Virus record (IMG/VR): IMGVR_UViG_3300015607_004925
Coordinates: 1-64,000 of that record
Reading direction: 5' to 3' (one strand)
Source: a virus
Taxonomy: Duplodnaviria; Caudoviricetes
DNA length: 64,000 nt
Position 1 is the stretch's first letter, and each line of letters begins with the position of its first letter. Positions 54,541-63,218 of the stretch are shown piece by piece. Both the position numbers and the translations under genes were made by a program. The notes under the pieces are model-generated. The model searched no databases. It saw nothing but the letters and a program-made list of their open reading frames with translations, and was not told where the DNA came from.

Positions 54541-55479
54541 TCAGGCGAACGGGAAGTCGATACGCTGACCCGCGAGCGTGTTGCCGATGCCGATGCCCGG
54601 CACCGCGTAGGACCAGAACTCGATCATGTCGGCTTCCTGCTTGATGAACAGGGTCGCGTCCTGCAACAGGAAGAACACGCCGAGGTAGTTCTGCGGCGCG
54701 AAGATGTACGCCGAGCGACGGCTGCCGCCGGCGACGTCGTCGACGATCTCGCGCTTGATCGTCGAGACGACCGGGATGCCCCACAGCTTCTCCTCGGCCT
54801 CGATGCCGAGGTCGTAGTGGCGCGACGCGACGTCGTTGCCGACGCTGGTCGCCGGCAGGTCGAGCGCCTCGTAGTAGAGGCTCTTCGTCATCAGCATCTT
54901 GCCGATGGGCTGCTTGCGGTTGACGAGCGCCTGGAAGCCGAGCTTGAACGCCGACGAGTTGAACGACGCGGCCACCGTGCGCTGGGTGGCCAGCGCGAGT
55001 GCGATGATCGCGTTCCACGTGTCCGTGAACTTCTGGTCTTCCTGGTCCGCCATGTCCTTCACCGAGTTGTCGGAGAGGATCTTGCGGATGTCGTTCTGGT
55101 ACGTCATCAGCTCGAACTTGTTCTTGCTGAAGCGCTGCGACTCGGTCTTGCCGAAGAAGACCGAGAAGCGCTTGCCGCGGAACCACGTCCGCTGCGCCGA
55201 GCCGTTGAACGGCACGAACGTGGCGACGGAGTCCGGCTCCTTCTCGACGATCTTCTTCGGCTGGTCCGTGTTCTCGTCGCGGTCGATCTCGTCGTCCCCG
55301 AGCATCACGGGCTCGATGATCTCGCGCGCGAAGGACTCCTGGCGGAGCTTCTGGCGGATGAACGCCGTGCCCTCCGCTTCGGCTTCCTTCGTGCGACCGT
55401 CGTCGATCTTGCGCACGAAGTTCGAGTTGATGAACTGCGCGCTGACCTGCTGGGTCTGGGTCTTGTACGCCGTGGGCAT
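54541..55479 (-). CDS. major capsid protein
   Basis: GAGGAG SD, strongly biased codons, 312 aa, order protease-scaffold-cement-MCP. Confidence 0.85.
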   Translation of the reverse strand: MPTAYKTQTQQVSAQFINSNFVRKIDDGRTKEAEAEGTAFIRQKLRQESFAREIIEPVMLGDDEIDRDENTDQPKKIVEKEPDSVATFVPFNGSAQRTWFRGKRFSVFFGKTESQRFSKNKFELMTYQNDIRKILSDNSVKDMADQEDQKFTDTWNAIIALALATQRTVAASFNSSAFKLGFQALVNRKQPIGKMLMTKSLYYEALDLPATSVGNDVASRHYDLGIEAEEKLWGIPVVSTIKREIVDDVAGGSRRSAYIFAPQNYLGVFFLLQDATLFIKQEADMIEFWSYAVPGIGIGNTLAGQRIDFPFA

Positions 55480-55512
55480 TGTGGTGCTTCTCCTCTGGAT
55501 GACCCGAGCGGG

Positions 55513-55980
55513 TTAGAGCATCGCGGTGTCGCCACCGTCGTACATGACGACGATGGTACCGTCGGTGGCGGTGTTGTCGGCGAGGACCGAGCCGATGACC
55601 TGGTCGTTCGTGACGGCGGGCTGCCACTTGCCCGCCGAGAACGTCAGGGCCGTGCCCGGGGTGTAGGAACCGGCGTTGAAGTTCGCCGGGTCGAGGCGCA
55701 GCATGGCGTTCGACCGGAGGCAGACGACCTTCGACACGAACTGCGCCGAGTAGTCGTCGTTGCCCTCGATGACCACCCACGTCTTCACGGCGTTGGCCGC
55801 GTTGCGGGCGGGCGTGGTCGCCGCGACGGCCTTGCCGTCGGTGCCGACCTTGATGACCGTGCCTGCGGGCAGCGAATCGTCGGTGCCCGGCGTGGTCTGG
55901 TGGATGCCGAAGGATTCGTCGATAGCGCCTTCCTTCGGGAATCCGCGGAGGATATCGAACTTGCTGTTGAGCCGCGACAT
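55513..55980 (-). CDS. capsid cement/decoration protein
   Basis: immediately upstream of MCP; beta-rich. Confidence 0.7.
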   Translation of the reverse strand: MSRLNSKFDILRGFPKEGAIDESFGIHQTTPGTDDSLPAGTVIKVGTDGKAVAATTPARNAANAVKTWVVIEGNDDYSAQFVSKVVCLRSNAMLRLDPANFNAGSYTPGTALTFSAGKWQPAVTNDQVIGSVLADNTATDGTIVVMYDGGDTAML

Positions 55981-56004
55981 GTCTGTTTTCCTTGTGAAGG
56001 GCCG

Positions 56005-56358
56005 CTACGAATTGATCCAGCTGAGGAACCGATCGTCGGCGGCGTCCGCAGCTTCCTTGGTGGTCTTCGGGGTCGTGTCTGGCTCCGGCGAAGTGCCGGC
56101 GCCGAGGGAGTCGAGGGTGCCCGCCTGCTTGACGAGCTGGCTCTCGATGTAGTCGAGCGCCGCGTCATCGGCCTTGGCGAGCTTCTGCCGGTCGACGTCA
56201 GACAGCTCCTCGCCGTTGGCGGCGAGGTGTGCCGTCGCGATCTTGTCGAGACGGGCCTTGCGCGCGGTCTCGACCGCGGCCGTCTTCTTGGACTCGTTCT
56301 CGTCGACGTAGTCCGCGGCTGCCTCGAGGACGGCGGCGAGCTTGTTCAGGTCAGCCAT
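56005..56358 (-). CDS. scaffold-like K-x-A protein
   Basis: KLA, KTA, KIA, KQA, KEA; C-terminal DRFLSWI. Confidence 0.65.
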   Translation of the reverse strand: MADLNKLAAVLEAAADYVDENESKKTAAVETARKARLDKIATAHLAANGEELSDVDRQKLAKADDAALDYIESQLVKQAGTLDSLGAGTSPEPDTTPKTTKEAADAADDRFLSWINS

Positions 56359-56506
56359 GACGCACCCCCAGCTTGCGGCTCAGCAGACCGAGTCCACTGG
56401 CTGCGATGAGGACGGACGCCGCCTTCTCGCGCTTCACGGACGCACGGCGCGCGGCCTCCTTGCGGAGGTCAGCGGCGAGCGCGCGAAGCATCTCGGAGTC
56501 CTTCAC
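56351..56506 (-). CDS. small K-x-A protein (51 aa)
   Basis: GGAGG SD, overlaps both neighbours. Confidence 0.55.
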   Translation of the reverse strand: MKDSEMLRALAADLRKEAARRASVKREKAASVLIAASGLGLLSRKLGVRHG

Positions 56507-56718
56507 AGGGCCTCCATGAGGTCGGCGTAGGTGATGTCGACGGGCGCGTTGCGCACTTCGTCGGCGAGCTTGCGGAGGTCGCGTGCGAGGTCAGTGCGCG
56601 GCGCCGCCGCCGCTTCCTTGACCGCACGCGCTTCGTCGGCACGGCGACGTGTCGCGGCGTTCGCCTCGGCGAGGACCTCGTCGACGACGAGGGAGAGGTG
56701 GTTGCGGGCGCGGCTCAC
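56503..56718 (-). CDS. small helical K-x-A protein
   Basis: GTGA overlaps. Confidence 0.6.
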   Translation of the reverse strand: MSRARNHLSLVVDEVLAEANAATRRRADEARAVKEAAAAPRTDLARDLRKLADEVRNAPVDITYADLMEAL

Positions 56719-56999
56719 GGCTGAACCGCCTGCATGGGATGCTGCGCCGCGTGGAGTGCGTCGATGATACGCGGGCCAGCGATGCCGGCCGCGACACCCG
56801 CGCCGAACGACGTGTTCCGTGCGCGGTTGCGCGCTTCTTCGTCGTGTGCGTGCGTGAGCAGCGCGCCGAGCGCGCCGCCACCGAGCGCCCCCGCACCGCC
56901 CGCGAGCAACGCCTTGACGAGCGCGGGGTTCGCGGCGGCCTTGACCTCTGCGGCCTGCTTGAGGCGCACGAGGACGTCGATGTTCACGACGGGGCTCAT
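56715..56999 (-). CDS. Gly-zipper K-x-A protein
   Basis: KQA, KAA; GGAGALGGGALG. Confidence 0.65.
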   Translation of the reverse strand: MSPVVNIDVLVRLKQAAEVKAAANPALVKALLAGGAGALGGGALGALLTHAHDEEARNRARNTSFGAGVAAGIAGPRIIDALHAAQHPMQAVQP

Positions 57000-57002
57000 G
57001 GG

Positions 57003-57584
57003 CTAGCGGCTCGCCGCCTCCACGAGCGCCTGGCCACGCTTGAAGCCCTCGACGAAGACGTCGCTGGCGAGCTTGTAGACCTGCGCCATCTGGTCGTTCC
57101 AGCCCTTGACGTAGGCGTCCTCGCCGAGCTTCTCGAGCTGAGCGATGGTCGTGGCGTAGCCCAGCTCCGCGGCCTCCTTGACGAGGTCCGGGTTCTCGGC
57201 GGCGAACTTCTCGAACGAGCCGTCGCTCGCGGTCTTCACCGGCGCGGGCTGCGCGGCAGCGACCTTGCGGGCGGCCTCGTCGTACTGCGCGGCACGCGCC
57301 ATGAAGCCGTCGCAGATCGCTGCGCCGTACAGCTGCGCCTCCTTGACGAGCGCCTCGTGCTCGGCCTTCGAGAGGTCGGCGGCGATCTTCGTCATGTCCT
57401 CGATCGGCGAGGTCTGGCTCGCCGTCTTGGTGGACGCGTCGGGCGCGGTCGCCTCTTTGAGCGCCTGCTTGAGGCGCTCGCCCGCGTCACTGGTGGGAGC
57501 AGTCGTCGACGGAGCGGGCGTCGCCGCCGCGGTCTTCGTCGTGGGCGCTGCGCCCATCCTGGTGAGTGCGTCTGAGAGCTTCAT
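57003..57584 (-). CDS. scaffolding-like protein
   Basis: helical, Ala-rich; 11 of 16 Lys are in K-x-A. Confidence 0.65.
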   Translation of the reverse strand: MKLSDALTRMGAAPTTKTAAATPAPSTTAPTSDAGERLKQALKEATAPDASTKTASQTSPIEDMTKIAADLSKAEHEALVKEAQLYGAAICDGFMARAAQYDEAARKVAAAQPAPVKTASDGSFEKFAAENPDLVKEAAELGYATTIAQLEKLGEDAYVKGWNDQMAQVYKLASDVFVEGFKRGQALVEAASR

Positions 57585-57645
57585 GGGTGCCGTCTCCGCT
57601 TCGGTGAAAATGATAGGGGGCTGGTTGGGAAAAAACAAAAAGATG

Positions 57646-59400
57646 TCACCGGCTAGCCAGGGCCACAGCGCCCAGTGCTTCCGCCACCGCGTCCATGTTC
57701 GTCGTCGAGGACGTCTTGACGTGCGAGAAGTCGATGGTCGGATGCGGCGTGTTCGCGCACTCGATCAGGTGAACGATCGACGAGAGCGATGCGCTCTTCA
57801 TCGTCAGCTCCGTGATGTCCGGGATCTCATATCCCTCGTCGGTGCGCATGGTGTCGCCAGGCCGCTTGCCGAGCGCGCCGGCGCCGAGCGCGCCGGCGCC
57901 GAGCGCGAGCGGTAGCTTGAAGCGGCGCATCCACGGGTACGCGGTGAGCGCCTTGTAGCCGCCGAGGAGTAGTGCGCTGCCGCCGAGCACCTTGCCCATG
58001 TGTGCGCGCGTGACCGCGTCCTGTGCGTCGATGGCCGCGCCGCGCGTCGTCTGGTACGGGCCCACGTTGAGCACGTCCGTCGTCGGCGCCGCGTCGTCGC
58101 GCATGTCGATGCCCTCGGGCACGAGGCGCCGGTACAGGTACTCGCCCATGTACGCGCGCTTGACGAACGCGCCGTCGAAGAACGTCGTCGCGTCGCGCGC
58201 GATCTTCTCCGCTTCGAGCACACCACTGTCGAGCACCTCGTCGAGCAGCTCGGGGCTGTCGGCGAACAGCTCGAGCGCGCGGCGCGACGCCGCCGCGACC
58301 TTCGCGACGAGTTCGTGCGTCAGCGCGACGCGCGCGCCCGCGAGCTTGTTCACCGCGAGCGGGATGAACTCGGCGTCCTTGAGCACGATGCCGCGCGCCG
58401 CCGCCGCGGACAGCGCCTCGCCGAGCGGCCACGCTGCGAGCTTGTCGACGTCGACGTTGATCGAACTCGCGAGCTTGCCGCGTGCGTGGTCGCGGAACTT
58501 GACGATGAGCGACTTCTCGTCGGGCGAGAGCGTGCTCGACGCGATCGGTTCGGCGCGAATCACCTTGTCGATCTCGGACAGCTTCTGCGCGGCCGCGGCC
58601 TTCGCCGCGAGCGCCTCGGACTCCGCGCCGAGATCCGCCGACAGCCGAATCTCGGGGACGTCGGCGACCTTCTTCAGCGTGTAGCCGGTGCGATCCGCCG
58701 GACGGAACACGCGCGAGATGTCGAAGAAGTCGGGCGACGGGTTGTGGACGTAGTCCTTGAACCCGTTCGCGTCGATCTGGTTCATCGCGAACTTGACGTG
58801 GTCGCAGTAGTCCGCGCGCGTCGGCGCCTGGTTGCCGCAGCGCGCGCAGACGTCGTACTTGATCCGACAGCCCATGCTGACGGGCACGAACTCGCCGTCG
58901 TTGGCGCGCTTGACCCATTCGGGGTCCTTCGCATTGTCGACGGAGACGAGCAGCTCCACGCGGTGCATGCGCGGGTTCCAGAACGCACGCTTCACGACGC
59001 CCGACGCCTTCGCGGGATCGCGGTTTGCGTGGTGTTGGAACGTGTGCGCGGGATTCGTCTCGAACGACTGGTAGTGCTTCGTCAGCTCCTGACCGGGCTC
59101 GATGAACCACCGCCGGCCCGACGACGCGAACTTGCCGCGCGCCGGCACGGGGCGCTCGGGGAAGCCATCGCCGTTGCGGTTCGGTCCGTACGTCTCCTCG
59201 GCGCCCATCGCGTTGAGCAGGAGGATCGTCTTGCCCGGCTCGGGCATGACGCTCTTGATGTAGTCAAGTGCTTCGCTCGCGTGCTTCGTGATGCGGCTGG
59301 TGTCGACGCGGCCACCGCCCCAGATGAGCACGGGCTGCACGGTCGCCTCGCCCGTCGGGAAGTACTCGTCCAGCTCGATCAGCTTCCTCATGCGAGCCAT
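57646..59400 (-). CDS. prohead (capsid maturation) protease with C-terminal extension
   Basis: NRNGDGF, HHAN.D, VSMGC....DVC..CG...YCDH, FFDIS.V..PAD. Confidence 0.8.
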   Translation of the reverse strand: MARMRKLIELDEYFPTGEATVQPVLIWGGGRVDTSRITKHASEALDYIKSVMPEPGKTILLLNAMGAEETYGPNRNGDGFPERPVPARGKFASSGRRWFIEPGQELTKHYQSFETNPAHTFQHHANRDPAKASGVVKRAFWNPRMHRVELLVSVDNAKDPEWVKRANDGEFVPVSMGCRIKYDVCARCGNQAPTRADYCDHVKFAMNQIDANGFKDYVHNPSPDFFDISRVFRPADRTGYTLKKVADVPEIRLSADLGAESEALAAKAAAAQKLSEIDKVIRAEPIASSTLSPDEKSLIVKFRDHARGKLASSINVDVDKLAAWPLGEALSAAAARGIVLKDAEFIPLAVNKLAGARVALTHELVAKVAAASRRALELFADSPELLDEVLDSGVLEAEKIARDATTFFDGAFVKRAYMGEYLYRRLVPEGIDMRDDAAPTTDVLNVGPYQTTRGAAIDAQDAVTRAHMGKVLGGSALLLGGYKALTAYPWMRRFKLPLALGAGALGAGALGKRPGDTMRTDEGYEIPDITELTMKSASLSSIVHLIECANTPHPTIDFSHVKTSSTTNMDAVAEALGAVALASR

Positions 59401-59927
59401 CCTCGCACGAGCCGCATCGAATCGCCGCGATGGACGACCAGCTGGACGAGCGCGGCGTGCTTGTGGCGTTCGTCGACGAGTTGCGCGACGCCGTCCTCGA
59501 GCAAGTCGTCAACCATGATCGCCGCGGCGATCTTCGTCGGGTCGTCGTTGCCGGCCGGCGCGGCCGCGGGGTGCGTGCCCCGGTTCGCCAAGAGCCCGCC
59601 GAGCGCCTGCATGCCGCCGACGCCGGCGGCGGTGAGCAGCGCCTGGTTGCGCGCGTCGCGCACGAGCGCCTCGCCCTGGTGACGCGCATCGCGCGCGAGC
59701 AGGTGGCCGACGCCGAGCGCGGGCAGGCCGAGGCCAACGCCCCAGCCCAGCCCCTTCTGCAGCGCGGAGAGCGCCGCCGGGTCGAGCGCAGCGCGCTTGA
59801 ACAGCCCGAACGCGGCGAAGTCAGCGAGCGCCTGGCGCTGACGTAGCTCGGCGGACGCCGGGCGCGCGCTCGCGACCTTCTCCGCGAAGAAGCGTGAGGT
59901 CTCGACGGCGCGGGCAACGTCGTTCAT
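59388..59927 (-). CDS. Gly-zipper K-x-A protein
   Basis: KVA, KRA, KIA. Confidence 0.65.
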   Translation of the reverse strand: MNDVARAVETSRFFAEKVASARPASAELRQRQALADFAAFGLFKRAALDPAALSALQKGLGWGVGLGLPALGVGHLLARDARHQGEALVRDARNQALLTAAGVGGMQALGGLLANRGTHPAAAPAGNDDPTKIAAAIMVDDLLEDGVAQLVDERHKHAALVQLVVHRGDSMRLVRGWLA

Positions 59928-59930
59928 GGC

Positions 59931-60380
59931 TCACGGCATCCCGCGCAGCGCGCCGGCGACTTCCTGGTTGAGCCCGCCCGGCAGTGCGCCGATGTCGCGG
60001 ATCGCGCCGCCCGCGCCGCCGAGCAGCGCGCCGATGCCCATCGACGGCAGCACGCTGCCCTGGTTCGGGTCGTTCGAGAGGAAGTGCGGGACCGCGGCGA
60101 TCGCAGCGCCACCGAGCGCCGGCATGACCGAGCGCTTGAGCAGTGCGGACAGTGCCGGGTTCTCGGCGATCTTCTCGCCGACGAGGGCGCCGTACGCCGA
60201 GATGCCGTCAGCGATCGCGCGCGCCTCCTTGCGCCGGAGCCACGCCTTCATGCCGACGAGGGCGACGGCCTCCTTGAGGCCCATCTCGGAGACGCCGGAC
60301 ATCGCGCCAGCGACCTTGTGGAGGCCTGCTGCGGCGACGGCGTGACGGACGGACGGCGGAACGAGATCGTCGAGGGTCAT
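59931..60380 (-). CDS. Gly-zipper K-x-A protein
   Basis: KVA, KEA, KIA; GIGALLGGAGG. Confidence 0.65.
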   Translation of the reverse strand: MTLDDLVPPSVRHAVAAAGLHKVAGAMSGVSEMGLKEAVALVGMKAWLRRKEARAIADGISAYGALVGEKIAENPALSALLKRSVMPALGGAAIAAVPHFLSNDPNQGSVLPSMGIGALLGGAGGAIRDIGALPGGLNQEVAGALRGMP

Positions 60381-61642
60381 TGGACACGGTCTCCGGGGTG
60401 GTGAGACATCAGTTCGTCGAGCACCGGGGCCACGCCACGCGGCACGGAGCGCTTGAGGGTGGACTCATTGGAGGGAAAATGTTCCATGGAAACGTAGGGC
60501 AGCCCGGCGGCGCCCGTTGCTACGTGGGGGTCCGGTCGGACGCCGCTGAACGTGGGAAAGCTCTCCGTTACCCCGTCGATGCGGCGCTTGTTGGGCGCGA
60601 CGGATGGCGTGGCACCTTGGAAGCGGCCGTCCGAAGCGTCAGGCGTATTCAGGTGTCCATGCAGCGCTCCGCCGAGCCCGCCGAGCGCGCCGCCAGTCAA
60701 CGCGCCGCGCAGCGCGCCGCCGCCGCGGTCGTCCTTGTCGGCCATCGCGCCCGAGATGCCGCCGACTGCGGCGCCGGCGAGCGCCGGCTTCGCCGCCGCC
60801 TGCAGCAACGCGTGCAGGTCGACTGCCTTCTTCTCGCCGGTCACCGCGCGCTCCGCGTCCGCGACGAGCTTGATCGACATGAAGTCTGGGCCCGAGCCCG
60901 ACGTGACGGCCTGGCGGAGGAACGACCGCACGGCGTTCTTGTCGGTCGAGAGGACCGGCGCGAAGCGCGACATCGTGTGGTAGGCCTCCATCAGCGTGGC
61001 GTCGTCGGCGCCGGCGAGCACCGGGTCGTTGCGCTTCAGATCGCCGATGATAGCATCGCGCGCGGCCTGGTCGCCGGCGTGACCCGCGGCCTCCATCGCC
61101 TTGTTCGCGATGTCGCGGAGTAGGCCGAAGCCCGCCTTGCCCGCCTCGCTCGAGAACGAGTCGAGCGCCTTGCGGCCGCCGAGCGAGAGCGCGTCCTGGC
61201 GCTGCCCGAACTCCTGGCCGAACATCTTGCGCTCGACGAGCTTGCTGAGGCCCGACGCGATGCCGCCGGCGGGAGCGCTGGCGATCTGGCCGAGCCCCTT
61301 GGACGCGAAATTCGCGGCCGCACCACCGGCATCCGCGACAGTCTTGCCCGTCGCCAGGTTCGCGCCCATGTTCTTGAGCGGACCGCCGACGTTCTTGCCC
61401 ATCGACTGCCACATCTGCGCGAGCGGCAACGCGAGCGGCAGCGGCAACGCCGCCATCTTGTACGGCGGCGTCGGATCGTGGTTCAGCTGCTGTTCGGTCG
61501 CGTGCGCCCGCTGCACTGCCTTGTGGACGATGCCGGGGATCATCGCCCCGACCGCGAGCGGCAGCATGACGCCGGCGCGCTTCTCGAGGTGGCGACGCAC
61601 GCCCTCACGGGCGGCGAGTTCGAGGACTTCGCTCAGCTGCAC
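60377..61642 (-). CDS. conserved head-region protein with Gly-zipper K-x-A extension
   Basis: DPVL...AY.T..RFAP.L.TD.NAVRSFLR; KRA, KMA, KKA. Confidence 0.65.
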   Translation of the reverse strand: MQLSEVLELAAREGVRRHLEKRAGVMLPLAVGAMIPGIVHKAVQRAHATEQQLNHDPTPPYKMAALPLPLALPLAQMWQSMGKNVGGPLKNMGANLATGKTVADAGGAAANFASKGLGQIASAPAGGIASGLSKLVERKMFGQEFGQRQDALSLGGRKALDSFSSEAGKAGFGLLRDIANKAMEAAGHAGDQAARDAIIGDLKRNDPVLAGADDATLMEAYHTMSRFAPVLSTDKNAVRSFLRQAVTSGSGPDFMSIKLVADAERAVTGEKKAVDLHALLQAAAKPALAGAAVGGISGAMADKDDRGGGALRGALTGGALGGLGGALHGHLNTPDASDGRFQGATPSVAPNKRRIDGVTESFPTFSGVRPDPHVATGAAGLPYVSMEHFPSNESTLKRSVPRGVAPVLDELMSHHPGDRVQ

Positions 61643-62559
61643 TGGCCCCTCACGTGTTCGATGCCCTGCTTGATGCGCGACGCTTCCGCCGCGATCTTCA
61701 CGAGCGTGGCGAACGTCCGGTTCGCTTCGGTGTCGTCGACGAGGTGGCGGTCCGCCAGCGCGGCCGTCTTGATGGTGGCTTCGTCGGGCGACGTGACGGG
61801 CCAGCCACGCGCCTCTTGCACCATCGCCAGGACGACACGGCCCGCGGAGCTGTCATGTAGCGCGAGCGCGTCCTTCTCGAACACGGCGGGGGTCGGTGCG
61901 CCGTGTGCGCGGCGGAGCTGGGTCTGGAGTGCGCTGAACGCGTCGTCGAACGCCAGCTCGGCCTGCTTGAGTTGGTCCTCGAGGACGTCTGCGAGCTTGC
62001 GCAGGCGGCGACCACGGAACGCGGCTTCCTTGGCCTCGTCCTTCTTCGCGGCTGACGGCGGCGCCTTCTTCGGCTTCTTGTCCGCGTCGTCCTTGGCCTT
62101 CTGTTTTTGGCCCTTGGGGAACGGGCCATCGTTGTCGTCGTCGATCGGAGCGTCGTCCTCGTCGCCGTCGCGGAGGTCCTGGGCCGCCGGCGGCGCGCCG
62201 TGCGCGCCCATCTCGTCGGGCAGCGACATCTCGTCGCCGTCGGGCTCCGCGTGCGGCAGCGCGCCGTCGTCAGGGTGCGCGCCGCCCATCTGGCCCATGA
62301 GCAGCTGCAGGATCTGGCGCGCGTCGATCGGGTCGAACTCGCTCGTCATGTCCGGCGTGCCCTGCGCCTTCTGCTGCTCCATGAGCCGCAGGAACGCCAT
62401 CGTGTTCGCGGAGTGCGCGAGCCGATCGATCTGGTCGGGGTTGAGCTGGCTCTGCTGCGCCTCGGCCGCCGCGACGTCGGCGAGCTTCTCGCCGCGCATG
62501 AAGCGGTCGACCACGCGCGTGGCCATCTTCTCGAAGTCCTGTTCTTGGTACGCGCGCAT
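61633..62559 (-). CDS. conserved head-region protein
   Basis: LNPDQI.RL...AN...F; KMA, KLA, KEA, KTA, KIA. Confidence 0.65.
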   Translation of the reverse strand: MRAYQEQDFEKMATRVVDRFMRGEKLADVAAAEAQQSQLNPDQIDRLAHSANTMAFLRLMEQQKAQGTPDMTSEFDPIDARQILQLLMGQMGGAHPDDGALPHAEPDGDEMSLPDEMGAHGAPPAAQDLRDGDEDDAPIDDDNDGPFPKGQKQKAKDDADKKPKKAPPSAAKKDEAKEAAFRGRRLRKLADVLEDQLKQAELAFDDAFSALQTQLRRAHGAPTPAVFEKDALALHDSSAGRVVLAMVQEARGWPVTSPDEATIKTAALADRHLVDDTEANRTFATLVKIAAEASRIKQGIEHVRGQCS

Positions 62560-63218
62560 CAGTGAAGGATCTCCCCGCCGAGCTGGACGTCGTCAACACT
62601 GACGGTCATCTCCCGGCTCTTCAGCTTGAACATGATGTCCGTGACATTCGCCGGACGCGTCTTCGTCAGCAACTGGGAGTTCTCGACGGCGGACTTGAGC
62701 AGCGAGTGCGCCGCCGCGGCGTCGACGCTGCCGAGCTTGGCGTGCCGGAGTGCCTGGCCGCGGAAGAAGGTCTCACGCATCGACGCCTCGACGACGTGGC
62801 CCGGGTCAAGCTTGACCATGGCGCCCATCACGTGCGCGACGGCCTCGACGCCGTAGAGCACGGCCTTTTGCAGATACGCGAGGCCTTCGGGCGTGCCCTG
62901 GTAGCGGTGTACCCACAGCTGCTTGTCGAACATGTCACGGAACACGGACACGTCGAAGAACAGGTGTCGGTATGCACGCGTCACCTCGGTCGGCAGCCCT
63001 GTGCGCTCGTAGATGTCGCGATCTTCGGCGCCCGCGATGAGCCACGGCTGAAGACGTTCGCGCTCGAACTCCTCGTCGTAGATCTCTTTCGCGCGGTCGA
63101 TGACCGGTGACACCTCAAGCTGACGCACGTGCCGCCAGCACGCCGCCTCGATCGGTTGCGGCGGTTCGGCGGCCGCGGCCTTGACCGCGATCCAGCGATG
63201 ATCCGGCCTACAACGCAC
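62559..63218 (-). CDS. conserved hypothetical (HTH-like) protein
   Basis: TGLP.EV..AY.HLFFDV; start tentative. Confidence 0.6.
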   Translation of the reverse strand: MRCRPDHRWIAVKAAAAEPPQPIEAACWRHVRQLEVSPVIDRAKEIYDEEFERERLQPWLIAGAEDRDIYERTGLPTEVTRAYRHLFFDVSVFRDMFDKQLWVHRYQGTPEGLAYLQKAVLYGVEAVAHVMGAMVKLDPGHVVEASMRETFFRGQALRHAKLGSVDAAAAHSLLKSAVENSQLLTKTRPANVTDIMFKLKSREMTVSVDDVQLGGEILH

